A DNA stretch of 64,000 bases from a virus (lineage: Duplodnaviria > Heunggongvirae > Uroviricota > Caudoviricetes), in IMG/VR virus record IMGVR_UViG_2563366947_000002. One strand, given 5' to 3'. The translations under genes and the position numbers were made by a program. Below are positions 56,203-64,000 of this stretch, in pieces. Under the pieces are notes generated by a model. The model was not told where the DNA came from, made no database searches, and saw nothing but the letters and a program-made list of their open reading frames with translations. How positions within the stretch are numbered: position 1 is the first letter of the stretch; each line of letters starts with the position of its first letter.

Positions 56203-58127
56203 TAAGCACCTCCCTGCTGAATTTCAGCCAGAATGTTGATCAGGTAGTCAACTGCTGCACCAACAGTGGCTTCGTTCTCGTCGTATCGACCTGCACTGAT
56301 TAGAGCGTTTGCTGCTTCCTGCACATGATCAAGTTCAGCACTGATGACCGTCAGATCGCGGGATGTAAACTGCTCCGGCACGGATTTCAGATACTCCAGC
56401 GCTTTATCTGCCTCCTGATCAGCTTCACTTGCTGATTCACCAGCTTCTTCTGGCTCCGGCTCCTGTTCTGGTGCTGGTTGTGGTTGTGATTCCGGCTCAA
56501 CCACATGCTCTGTTTTTACTTCGCTTGAATGATTTTGAAGGGCGTTATACACGTCCATAATGAAAAGGTTCTCCCCATCACCAAGTGGATACGCCACATT
56601 TGGAAACGCTTTGCGGAAAAGAATTTTCACTTGCGCCTTGAATGTTTTCAGGTCACTGCCAAACAGGTCTACATAGCCATCAATATGTTTCGACATGCTG
56701 GACACAACCAATTGGCCTGCAAAATCTTTCAGCTCATCTTCATCAGGAAGATAGAGCAACTCGTACTGGCTGACTTCTTCATCTGTCAGTTTACGGTCAT
56801 ACGTAATGATACCGTGACGAGCATATTCGTAATACTGATCAGCCTGGTCAGGACGATCAAGCACGGCTTTATTTCCATCCGGCACAGCACCAACACCAGC
56901 CGGGCGAGATTGAAGTGCATAGTGGTATTTACCTACATCTTGGCTCTCTGGTTGTGATACTGGGTTCGTCTCGGGGTCTGTCTGTGGTGGTTCGGAGTCT
57001 TCCTGCTGGCCTGGTAACACATCAACTTTATATTTATCTGCGTTATGCTCTCGGTAGGCTTTAAGTAATTTGGTTGCAGCATCTGCCAAACTGCCTCCTT
57101 TGACAGCACTGGCATCAATACTGAATTTACCTTCAGGTGCTACTATCGTAACGAAATTGTCACTGCCGGACGTGACATAATTAACTTCAGCGCCATTATC
57201 CAGCACTGTTTTTCCGTCAATGGCAAGATTATGTTTTACATGTCGCAGCTGGTCACTAAACGCTCGTTCCTTCGTTTTTTCACCTTTAGCAGACAACAAT
57301 TTATCGCGTTTTTCTTGTAATTCCTCGTTGATGGCTTTCTGGGCATCAAGTTTTTTTTGCATCTCCGTAAGAGCAGCACGCTTTTCAGTCAGCCCACGTT
57401 GCGCAACGTCCACCTGATCAATCATTATTGACCGTTCTTCTGCCAGTTTATCTGCTTCATTGAGATAACTCTCAATATCTGCCTTCATTTTGTCCTGGCG
57501 CTCTTTTGCTTTCTTAAATTTTTCGCTGTTACGCTCAATCAAATTAGATAGCGCCTGGCATACCTGGCTTAAAGAAACATCTCTCCCACCAATCGGGGCG
57601 ACAACGTGAGTTACGTTACGCTTATTAAGTAAAAACTGAAATGCAACAAGCTCGTCGTTACTCTTTATTTTTGCCCCGTCAGCTGTTGGAGAGTGGAAAA
57701 TTATGCTTGTACTCTGCCCGTCAGTAAGCGGTATCTGCGCGGTCAAAACAGGGATATTAGCTACCCGACGTACACGACCGATAATCGCACCACCAATACA
57801 ATTACGTCCATTTTCATCGGTCCCGGCTTCATCAGTCCCTGCCATAATATTCGTACCATTCAGGCCACGATTCAGCGCACGGACGAAAGCTCGCATTGTT
57901 TGAGCTAACCGAATTCTGGTTGTAGTTATGGACTCAAACATAGCTTCGTCAGACACAACCAGAATTTCATTGCCCATATAGGCAAGCTCAATATCTTCTA
58001 AGGTCGCCGCCTCAAAAATCAGGTCATCTTCGCTTAATTCTTCTGAAGACCAGCGACTTGGCATATAGCCGGGGATCGTATCAGCAAAAGTAGACTGAAT
58101 ATTAATTCGTAAAGGATTGTTAATCAT
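56202..58127 (-). CDS. large hypothetical virion protein (DarA-like by size/position, tentative)
   Basis: ORF track 56202..58166; ATG at 58127 has GGAGG SD; coiled-coil centre, acidic P/E-rich C-terminal region. Confidence 0.3.
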   Translation of the reverse strand: MINNPLRINIQSTFADTIPGYMPSRWSSEELSEDDLIFEAATLEDIELAYMGNEILVVSDEAMFESITTTRIRLAQTMRAFVRALNRGLNGTNIMAGTDEAGTDENGRNCIGGAIIGRVRRVANIPVLTAQIPLTDGQSTSIIFHSPTADGAKIKSNDELVAFQFLLNKRNVTHVVAPIGGRDVSLSQVCQALSNLIERNSEKFKKAKERQDKMKADIESYLNEADKLAEERSIMIDQVDVAQRGLTEKRAALTEMQKKLDAQKAINEELQEKRDKLLSAKGEKTKERAFSDQLRHVKHNLAIDGKTVLDNGAEVNYVTSGSDNFVTIVAPEGKFSIDASAVKGGSLADAATKLLKAYREHNADKYKVDVLPGQQEDSEPPQTDPETNPVSQPESQDVGKYHYALQSRPAGVGAVPDGNKAVLDRPDQADQYYEYARHGIITYDRKLTDEEVSQYELLYLPDEDELKDFAGQLVVSSMSKHIDGYVDLFGSDLKTFKAQVKILFRKAFPNVAYPLGDGENLFIMDVYNALQNHSSEVKTEHVVEPESQPQPAPEQEPEPEEAGESASEADQEADKALEYLKSVPEQFTSRDLTVISAELDHVQEAANALISAGRYDENEATVGAAVDYLINILAEIQQGGA

Positions 58128-58740
58128 GCTCATCCTCCAGGCGCGCAATTTCTTCTTTAAGAGCACGTGTCTTAGCTACTTCCTGAGACAAGGCAGCTTT
58201 AACGTTACCCGTATCTTGCATTACTTTGTCTGACTTGCTCTGGAGTTTAGACAGTTTGTCGTTAGCATTAGCGATATCTCCACGGAGTGCATCACGTGAT
58301 TCTTTCGCTTCAGCTAATTTCTGAGCGTTAGATTTAACTCCCTGCTGCTTCTTATTTCCGTCATCAATATTTTTTGCTGCACGAGCAAGTTTTCGAGCTA
58401 ATGACTTCTGGAAAGAAGTTGCTCCGCGATTAAATAAAGCCGCAAGAGATTGCCCCAAAGCCGACATTGTTTTTACTGGCTTGAACGGTACTGTTTTACC
58501 ATTCAGTTTGATCCCAGATATATCACCGGTATCGTTAACCTGAACTTCCATTGTCTGTTCATCAATACCAATAAGGGTAAACGTGCGCGTCATGATCCCA
58601 TCTTTCTTCCTGCCATTACTTGCAGGGATCACCCTCGCTATCTTGTAACCACCTTTGCTGATTTCTTTGACGAGTTTTGCCAGCCCCTTTTCGTTTAACT
58701 CATCATAATTAAGAAGAACATAATTATTCTTATTTGACAT
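58120..58740 (-). CDS. hypothetical protein
   Basis: ORF track 58120..58755; ATG at 58740 has AAGGAG SD. Confidence 0.4.
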   Translation of the reverse strand: MSNKNNYVLLNYDELNEKGLAKLVKEISKGGYKIARVIPASNGRKKDGIMTRTFTLIGIDEQTMEVQVNDTGDISGIKLNGKTVPFKPVKTMSALGQSLAALFNRGATSFQKSLARKLARAAKNIDDGNKKQQGVKSNAQKLAEAKESRDALRGDIANANDKLSKLQSKSDKVMQDTGNVKAALSQEVAKTRALKEEIARLEDEHD

Positions 58741-59176
58741 CCCAGTCTCCTTCACGCTTTTCGATCGTAAACTGGCGCTCTATGCAGTCATTGATAGGGA
58801 AAATGCGATAAAGCGGATTCAGTCGGCAGTTACCGTTAGTCAATGTGACTTTCAGATCCCACTTCGTTGGCTCAAGATATTTCGTATCGATGAGCAAATA
58901 CTCTTCTCTCTCACCGCGTTTTGAGGCGTCAACTGGTCGCGTTTTCCCTGAAATAACCACAGATGGATTTTTCAGGTCTTGCAACCAATATTCGATTTGA
59001 GCATTGCTGACCCAGCTTCGCTTAACACGTAGCGAAACAGGAAATGCTATAGCGGATTCTTTCACTACAGCGTCACCAATACTCAAAATCTCAACACTCT
59101 TGCGACGAAAAATGAAACGGTCAATGATGGCAACAAATGCCATGATAAAAATGAAATAATTTCCAAAGTTACCCAT
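58730..59176 (-). CDS. membrane-anchored protein (possible antiholin/lysis regulator by position)
   Basis: 148 aa with N-terminal transmembrane helix; TAATG overlap with upstream gene. Confidence 0.3.
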   Translation of the reverse strand: MGNFGNYFIFIMAFVAIIDRFIFRRKSVEILSIGDAVVKESAIAFPVSLRVKRSWVSNAQIEYWLQDLKNPSVVISGKTRPVDASKRGEREEYLLIDTKYLEPTKWDLKVTLTNGNCRLNPLYRIFPINDCIERQFTIEKREGDWDVK

Positions 59177-59502
59177 TATTTCTCTCCACCTTTTCCCCCA
59201 TTCGCTATTACGCTTAAGAGATTCAAGACGTTACTAGCTCTGGACTTCAAGCCCTGTAAAATTTCACTACCGTTGTTACTGGCAATCAGAACAACGCAGA
59301 AAATGATGCCTTCAGGCCATTCTTGGCTAACCGCCACCCCATACCCCGCAAGCCCGGCTGTTACCGCAGTAAACAATTCACTCGCAAGATTGAGCAGGGA
59401 CGCAGAAATGCGCCCGTCTCTAACTCCGAGAAGGAATACGCCGGTTCCACTTAGTAGGGATGTTATGACTACTACAGCCAGATTTTCATAATCTGCAAAC
59501 AT
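59176..59502 (-). CDS. small multi-pass membrane protein (holin-like)
   Basis: 108 aa with 2-3 hydrophobic helices and charged C-terminus. Confidence 0.35.
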   Translation of the reverse strand: MFADYENLAVVVITSLLSGTGVFLLGVRDGRISASLLNLASELFTAVTAGLAGYGVAVSQEWPEGIIFCVVLIASNNGSEILQGLKSRASNVLNLLSVIANGGKGGEK

Positions 59503-59607
59503 ACCCCTCCAGAAATAACATCTAATGCGCCACTAACTTAGTCAGTTTGTTATTTCCTTACAGGACATCTTCTAAAATCTCCCCCCTTAACATACAAGGG
59601 GGGACAT

Positions 59608-60168
59608 ATGCTTATTGGATACATTCGCGTATCAACTAATGACCAAAACACCGCTTTACAACGAAACGCCCTTGAAAGCGCAGGATGTGAGCTAATTTTT
59701 GAGGATAAGGCGAGCGGCAAAAAGGCTGAACGCCCAGGGTTAAAAAAGGTTCTGCGTATTCTTTCCAGAGGTGACACCCTGGTCGTATGGAAGTTAGATC
59801 GTCTTGGGCGCAGCATGCGTCACTTGGTTGTGCTGGTGGAAGAGCTGCGTGACAGAGGCATTAACTTCCGAAGTCTCACTGACTCCATCGACACCAGTAC
59901 ACCAATGGGGCGCTTTTTCTTTCACGTAATGGGGGCGCTGGCAGAAATGGAACGTGAGCTTATCGTTGAACGTACACGCGCTGGACTTGATGCAGCTCGC
60001 GCAGAAGGTCGTATAGGTGGGCGTCGGCCTAAATACAAAGAAGAAACATGGCAGCAAATGCGGCGATTGCTGGAGAAGGGCATCCCCCGTAAGCAGGTTG
60101 CAATCATCTATGATGTGGCTGTTTCCACGCTTTATAAGAAGTTTCCGGCGTCATCATTTCAATCCTAA
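59608..60168 (+). CDS. cin: serine DNA invertase (Cin/Gin/Hin/Pin family)
   Basis: MLIGYIRVSTNDQNTALQRNAL... with catalytic Ser near residue 9 and C-terminal HTH; near full-length match to P1 Cin as I recall it. Confidence 0.9.
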   Translation: MLIGYIRVSTNDQNTALQRNALESAGCELIFEDKASGKKAERPGLKKVLRILSRGDTLVVWKLDRLGRSMRHLVVLVEELRDRGINFRSLTDSIDTSTPMGRFFFHVMGALAEMERELIVERTRAGLDAARAEGRIGGRRPKYKEETWQQMRRLLEKGIPRKQVAIIYDVAVSTLYKKFPASSFQS

Positions 60169-60185
60169 ACCTTGGTTTAAGAGAA
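60160..60185. other. invertase crossover site (cixL-like)
   Basis: CAATCCTAAACC-TT-GGTTTAAGAGAA, 12-2-12 architecture like hix/gix; overlaps cin stop. Confidence 0.7.
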
Positions 60186-60316
60186 CTCGGTACCAGTGGT
60201 GAAAAGATCCCCCTGTTGAGTACGGCTAACACATGGAGTGCGCGCCAGACTTTCAACGGCGGGATCACCGGGGCGCTGACAGGGAACGCCGACACCGCGA
60301 CGAAATTGAAAACAGC
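60170..60316. repeat. left inverted repeat of invertible tail-fibre segment
   Basis: About 147 bp nearly identical to reverse complement of 63794..63940. Confidence 0.85.
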
Positions 60317-61280
60317 TCGAACAATCAACGGGGTGGGATTTGATGGTTCTAAAGATATTACACTGACTCCTGAAAATCTTGGCTTGACGGATATAGTGTC
60401 TCAAGCTGGTAACGCCGTTCAGCGTTCCGGCGATAAAATGACCGGAGAACTGAAAATTGGTACGGTGAATGCGCTTCGGATATTTGATGAAGCATTCGGT
60501 CTTATTTTCCGTCGTTCAGAAGATTTTCTTCATTTCATTCCGACGGCTGAAGGACAAGGCGAAAACGGTGATATCGGCCCATTAAGGCCATTCGCTATAA
60601 ATCTGAGAACAGGTGCTATATCTGTCAGCCACGGGGCCAAAATTGAAGGAGGTCTAGCTATTGGTGCTACTGATAACGCACTGGGTGAAAACTCCATTGT
60701 TCTGGGAGATAACGACACCGGATTTAGGCAAGATGGAGATGGTTTTATTAGCATCTTTTCAAATGGTTCGCGCATAGGACATATTGATGAGTTAGGATTA
60801 CATATTTATAAAGATATTGAATCTAATGGCAGCAATTTTAGATTAAAAGGTAATTACCGCCACCACATTACATTCGCCAACGAAGACGGAAGTATTCGTA
60901 TGTTTTTGTGGAAAGATAAAGATGGTGATGGTGTTCATATTAATAATGGTTCAAGCGGTGGCGGTGATTTCGTTTTTAAAACAGATGGGGGATTTGCGCT
61001 GGGAAGTGGTGCGCAAGTTGCGTCTAATGGCGATATTTATGGTTCAGTGTGGGAAAACAACTGGTTAAGCACATGGCTGCATAATCATGTCGTTCGGGAT
61101 ATTCGTCTTGGCAGCATTGAATATAAAAACGTATGGCGCGACTACGGCTTTGGCGATGCGTCAGGTTATGTTTTAACAGCCGCAATTAACAGCAATGCGG
61201 ATGATATTGTCGACACTGTTGCCAGAAGGCCGATTCAGAAATTGATTGGGGGAATATGGTACAACGTGGGGAGTGTTTAA
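60216..61280 (+). CDS. alternative tail-fibre C-terminal variable part (Sv'), currently not joined to constant part
   Basis: Begins inside inverted repeat with same 33 residues as the expressed copy ([15 protein letters not shown]...); would fuse to S constant region after inversion. Confidence 0.7.
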   Translation: MSTANTWSARQTFNGGITGALTGNADTATKLKTARTINGVGFDGSKDITLTPENLGLTDIVSQAGNAVQRSGDKMTGELKIGTVNALRIFDEAFGLIFRRSEDFLHFIPTAEGQGENGDIGPLRPFAINLRTGAISVSHGAKIEGGLAIGATDNALGENSIVLGDNDTGFRQDGDGFISIFSNGSRIGHIDELGLHIYKDIESNGSNFRLKGNYRHHITFANEDGSIRMFLWKDKDGDGVHINNGSSGGGDFVFKTDGGFALGSGAQVASNGDIYGSVWENNWLSTWLHNHVVRDIRLGSIEYKNVWRDYGFGDASGYVLTAAINSNADDIVDTVARRPIQKLIGGIWYNVGSV

Positions 61281-61281
61281 G

Positions 61282-61809
61282 ATGATGCACCTGAAAAATA
61301 TTAAGGCCGGGAATCCGAAAACACCGGAACAATACCAGCTAACTAAAAAAGCGGGCGTGGTATGGCTCTTTTGCGAAGATGGCAAAAACTGGTATGAGGA
61401 ACAAAAGAATTTTCAGCCAGACACCATAAAAATTGCTTACGATGAGAACAACATCATCGTTGCTGTCAGTAAAGACGTTTCAACTATTAATCCTGAAGGG
61501 CTAAGCATAGTTGAAGTTCCTGATATTACGGCAAATCGTCGCGCAGACAATAACGGAAAATGGATGTTTCTGGATGGTAAAGTAGTAAAGAGGGAATATA
61601 CAGAACAGGAACTGCAACAACAGGCCGAATCACAAAAGGCCGCGTTACTTTCCGAAGCAGAAAGCGTTATTCAGCCACTGGAACGCGCCGTCAGGCTGAA
61701 TATGGCGACGGATGATGAACGCGCACGACTGGAGTCATGGGAACGCTACAGCGTTCTGGTCAGCCGTGTGGATACAGCAAATCCCGAATGGCCACAAAAG
61801 CCTGAGTAA
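61282..61809 (+). CDS. tail-fibre assembly chaperone (U'-like)
   Basis: [21 protein letters not shown]... paralogous to opposite-strand U; ORF track starts at 61246. Confidence 0.7.
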   Translation: MMHLKNIKAGNPKTPEQYQLTKKAGVVWLFCEDGKNWYEEQKNFQPDTIKIAYDENNIIVAVSKDVSTINPEGLSIVEVPDITANRRADNNGKWMFLDGKVVKREYTEQELQQQAESQKAALLSEAESVIQPLERAVRLNMATDDERARLESWERYSVLVSRVDTANPEWPQKPE

Positions 61810-61814
61810 AAATT

Positions 61815-61834
61815 AAGGCCCAATATCGGGCCTT
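61815..61834. terminator. central hairpin between convergent U and U'
   Basis: AAGGCCC-aatatc-GGGCCTT with flanking A/T runs. Confidence 0.5.
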
Positions 61835-61837
61835 GTC

Positions 61838-62371
61838 TCATTCAGGTTGTTCGGGAAATGTTACTGGCAGGCTGGAGGTGTCTGTAGATTCGACTTTCTG
61901 CGCATAGAGCATCCACTCGGTTAATTTTTGTTTATTCTCGTCGGAAATGATGCCCAGCCGTAGCTGTGAGTCCCATAGCTGGGTTTTATCCCTGACAAGT
62001 TGCAACAGGCTTTGCTTTTCATTTTCCGCTTGTTGCCTCTGCTCTTCCTCGGTATAAGTTCGCTTTATCACTACGCCATCTTTGAACATCCATTTCCCCG
62101 AAATATCAGCCCGGCGATTTGCTGTAATATCAGGTAATTCAACGACGCTTGCGCCTTCCGGATTAATTGCTGAAACATCCTTTTCAATGCAAATAATAAC
62201 GCCGTTATGGTCATAGACCATTTTCAAAGTGTCTGGCTGGAAATTCTTTTGTTCCTCATACCAGTTTTTTCCATCATCTGAATAAAGCCATTTGATGTTA
62301 AATTGCTTTGTTAGCTGGTATTGCTCTTTTGTTTTAGGGTTGCCAGCAGTAATATTTTTTAAGTGCATCAT
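61838..62371 (-). CDS. U: tail-fibre assembly chaperone (U-like)
   Basis: 177 aa; MMHLKNITAGNPKTKEQYQLT...; immediately downstream of expressed tail-fibre gene. Confidence 0.7.
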   Translation of the reverse strand: MMHLKNITAGNPKTKEQYQLTKQFNIKWLYSDDGKNWYEEQKNFQPDTLKMVYDHNGVIICIEKDVSAINPEGASVVELPDITANRRADISGKWMFKDGVVIKRTYTEEEQRQQAENEKQSLLQLVRDKTQLWDSQLRLGIISDENKQKLTEWMLYAQKVESTDTSSLPVTFPEQPE

Positions 62372-62373
62372 AA

Positions 62374-64000
62374 TTAAATACTCCCCGCGTTATACCACGT
62401 TCCATTAATGCAATACTGAATTGGCCTTGCCTGTGTTGTATCAATTAATTCATCACGGTTTCCGTTAACTGAACCAGTAACGACATAACCTGACCTGTCA
62501 GACCAGCCGGGACCATTCCATGTCTGAACAGATGACAGACCGCCAAGGCGAATACCTGTAATAAACCTTGAGTTACATTCTGCCTGCGTATATGCACCAA
62601 CATCTCCCGCAGAGGGTTTGCGTGTTGTGGTGTAAAACTCTGACCAGTTAGCTTCAAAGCCATAACCATCACGCGCTGAACGATAAAAGATACCGCCATT
62701 TCTGTAATTCACGCGGAACTGTACAGCAGGGCAACTCCCCGCATTCATATTAAAGTGGAGGATTAATGTCGATGCGCCACTGATATCTGCATCATAAACG
62801 CCGCTATTCCAGTTCCAGCCAACAGCTTTATCATTTGCGACCCTGCGTCCTGTTTGCCCTAAAGCAAATGCAGGCTGCTGGTTTTTCGTGTTGTAGTCTC
62901 GTCGCCAGCCAGGAGCGTAAGCATCACCATGATTAATATAAGTGAATTGAGCGTTAGTGATTCCGCCACCGCTGGACGTGCTCGGCGTGGTAACGCGTAT
63001 GGTCATTGCGCCGCGGGTTCCCATAACCTCAATCACGGCTCCGGCAAGGCAGATATTTCCACAACCGGTATCCGTAATAACCCTGTTTCTGGCATAGGAC
63101 CATGACCCTTTACACATCCAGTATGGATGTCGGAAAGCTCCGTTATTCTCCAGCCACGAGATAAATGCAACTGTCGACCATTCACCTTGTGAACCATCGA
63201 TATCAGTCTGACCGCTAAATGCACGACAGGCCCCTGTGTTTTGTATGAATTTATCTTTATTCGGAATATCTGCACCGTTCTGGTTTTTCTGCAATGCTCC
63301 TGCGGCTAATTCTACGGTTTGCTCAAGATTTAAATCTTCCGCCGTTAGCTCAATGTTTTTAGAACCATCAAACGAGACACCGTTGATAGTACACGCCGTC
63401 TGCAATTTGGTCGCTGTAGCCGCATTACCAGAGGTATCCTGATTCCCTTTGGCATTAACGCCGGGAACTGAATCTTTTGACGTATAGACCTGTGCCCATT
63501 CAGACCAGTTGGCAGAATCAGTATCACGCCGCGAACGGATATGTACGGGCGCATGGTCACCGCTCGAGCCACTCCAGCCAATGAATAATTCACCTTCGCC
63601 AGCAGCGGTGGCACCTTTAAGGTGAAGCACATTGCCATAGGGGGAAGGATAGCCATTGTTGTATGCCTCATACAGCTGAATCCCGGATGTACCCTGTGCA
63701 TTCGCCTCCAGGGCCGTTACGCGACCGCGCGATACCAGAGTATTGATATTAATGTCAGCCGAACCATCGAACCTGACGCCATTAATGTTTATGGCTGTTT
63801 TCAATTTCGTCGCGGTGTCGGCGTTCCCTGTCAGCGCCCCGGTGATCCCACCGTTGAAAGTCTGGCGTGCACTCCATGTGTTAGCCGTGCTCAACAGGGG
63901 GATCTTTTCACCGCTTGTTCCGAGTTCTCTTAAACCAAGGTATTGGATAACAGCAAGGACGCTTGTTTTGGCCAGAATATCGCGACCGACTGACGTTAAG
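62374..64000 (-). CDS. S: tail fibre protein S, constant part continues past right edge; variable C-terminus in current segment orientation
   Basis: Minus-strand frame open from window edge through crossover site into variable part ending 62374. Confidence 0.75.
   Translation of the reverse strand, partial: LTSVGRDILAKTSVLAVIQYLGLRELGTSGEKIPLLSTANTWSARQTFNGGITGALTGNADTATKLKTAININGVRFDGSADININTLVSRGRVTALEANAQGTSGIQLYEAYNNGYPSPYGNVLHLKGATAAGEGELFIGWSGSSGDHAPVHIRSRRDTDSANWSEWAQVYTSKDSVPGVNAKGNQDTSGNAATATKLQTACTINGVSFDGSKNIELTAEDLNLEQTVELAAGALQKNQNGADIPNKDKFIQNTGACRAFSGQTDIDGSQGEWSTVAFISWLENNGAFRHPYWMCKGSWSYARNRVITDTGCGNICLAGAVIEVMGTRGAMTIRVTTPSTSSGGGITNAQFTYINHGDAYAPGWRRDYNTKNQQPAFALGQTGRRVANDKAVGWNWNSGVYDADISGASTLILHFNMNAGSCPAVQFRVNYRNGGIFYRSARDGYGFEANWSEFYTTTRKPSAGDVGAYTQAECNSRFITGIRLGGLSSVQTWNGPGWSDRSGYVVTGSVNGNRDELIDTTQARPIQYCINGTWYNAGSI
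63794..63940. repeat. right inverted repeat of invertible segment
   Basis: Reverse complement matches 60170..60316. Confidence 0.85.
63925..63950. other. invertase crossover site (cixR-like)
   Basis: TTCTCTTAAACC-AA-GGTATTGGATAA, close to hixL TTCTTGAAAACCAAGGTTTTTGATAA. Confidence 0.7.

Overview
This window reads as part of a P1-like temperate phage (phage-plasmid) of Enterobacteriaceae, mosaic relative to what I recall of P1. Everything here is from reading the sequence and the supplied ORF track by eye; no database search or folding was run. Recognisable by sequence: a Cre-family tyrosine recombinase with a lox-like 13-8-13 site whose inner arm bases differ from loxP; phd-doc and a humD-like gene behind a LexA box; a terminase pair (pacA/pacB-like); Cin invertase with hix/cix-like crossover sites flanking an invertible tail-fibre segment (alternative S C-termini plus U/U'); four tRNAs (Asn, Thr, a class-II Ser-type, and a CAU-anticodon Ile2/Met-type) plus one aberrant tRNA-like element; a TerB-like operon; dUTPase; a lambda-type Ser/Thr phosphatase; a standalone ClpX zinc-binding-domain protein; a higB-higA module; and a roughly 2,280-aa methyltransferase-helicase fusion (DarB-like) with an IS200/IS605-family tnpB element immediately upstream. 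A 17-bp asymmetric motif (consensus about ATGTTAGAAAACTAATT) recurs at 11 or more promoter-proximal positions and looks like the operator set of a C1-type repressor with a specificity different from P1. The strongest candidate for something undescribed is an AT-rich, translationally coupled three-gene cassette at 9131-11123 (small protein, HExxH ImmA/IrrE-like metallopeptidase, Dcd-family dCTP-deaminase-like protein). Many structural and early proteins are left hypothetical, and gene names given by synteny alone are marked as such.
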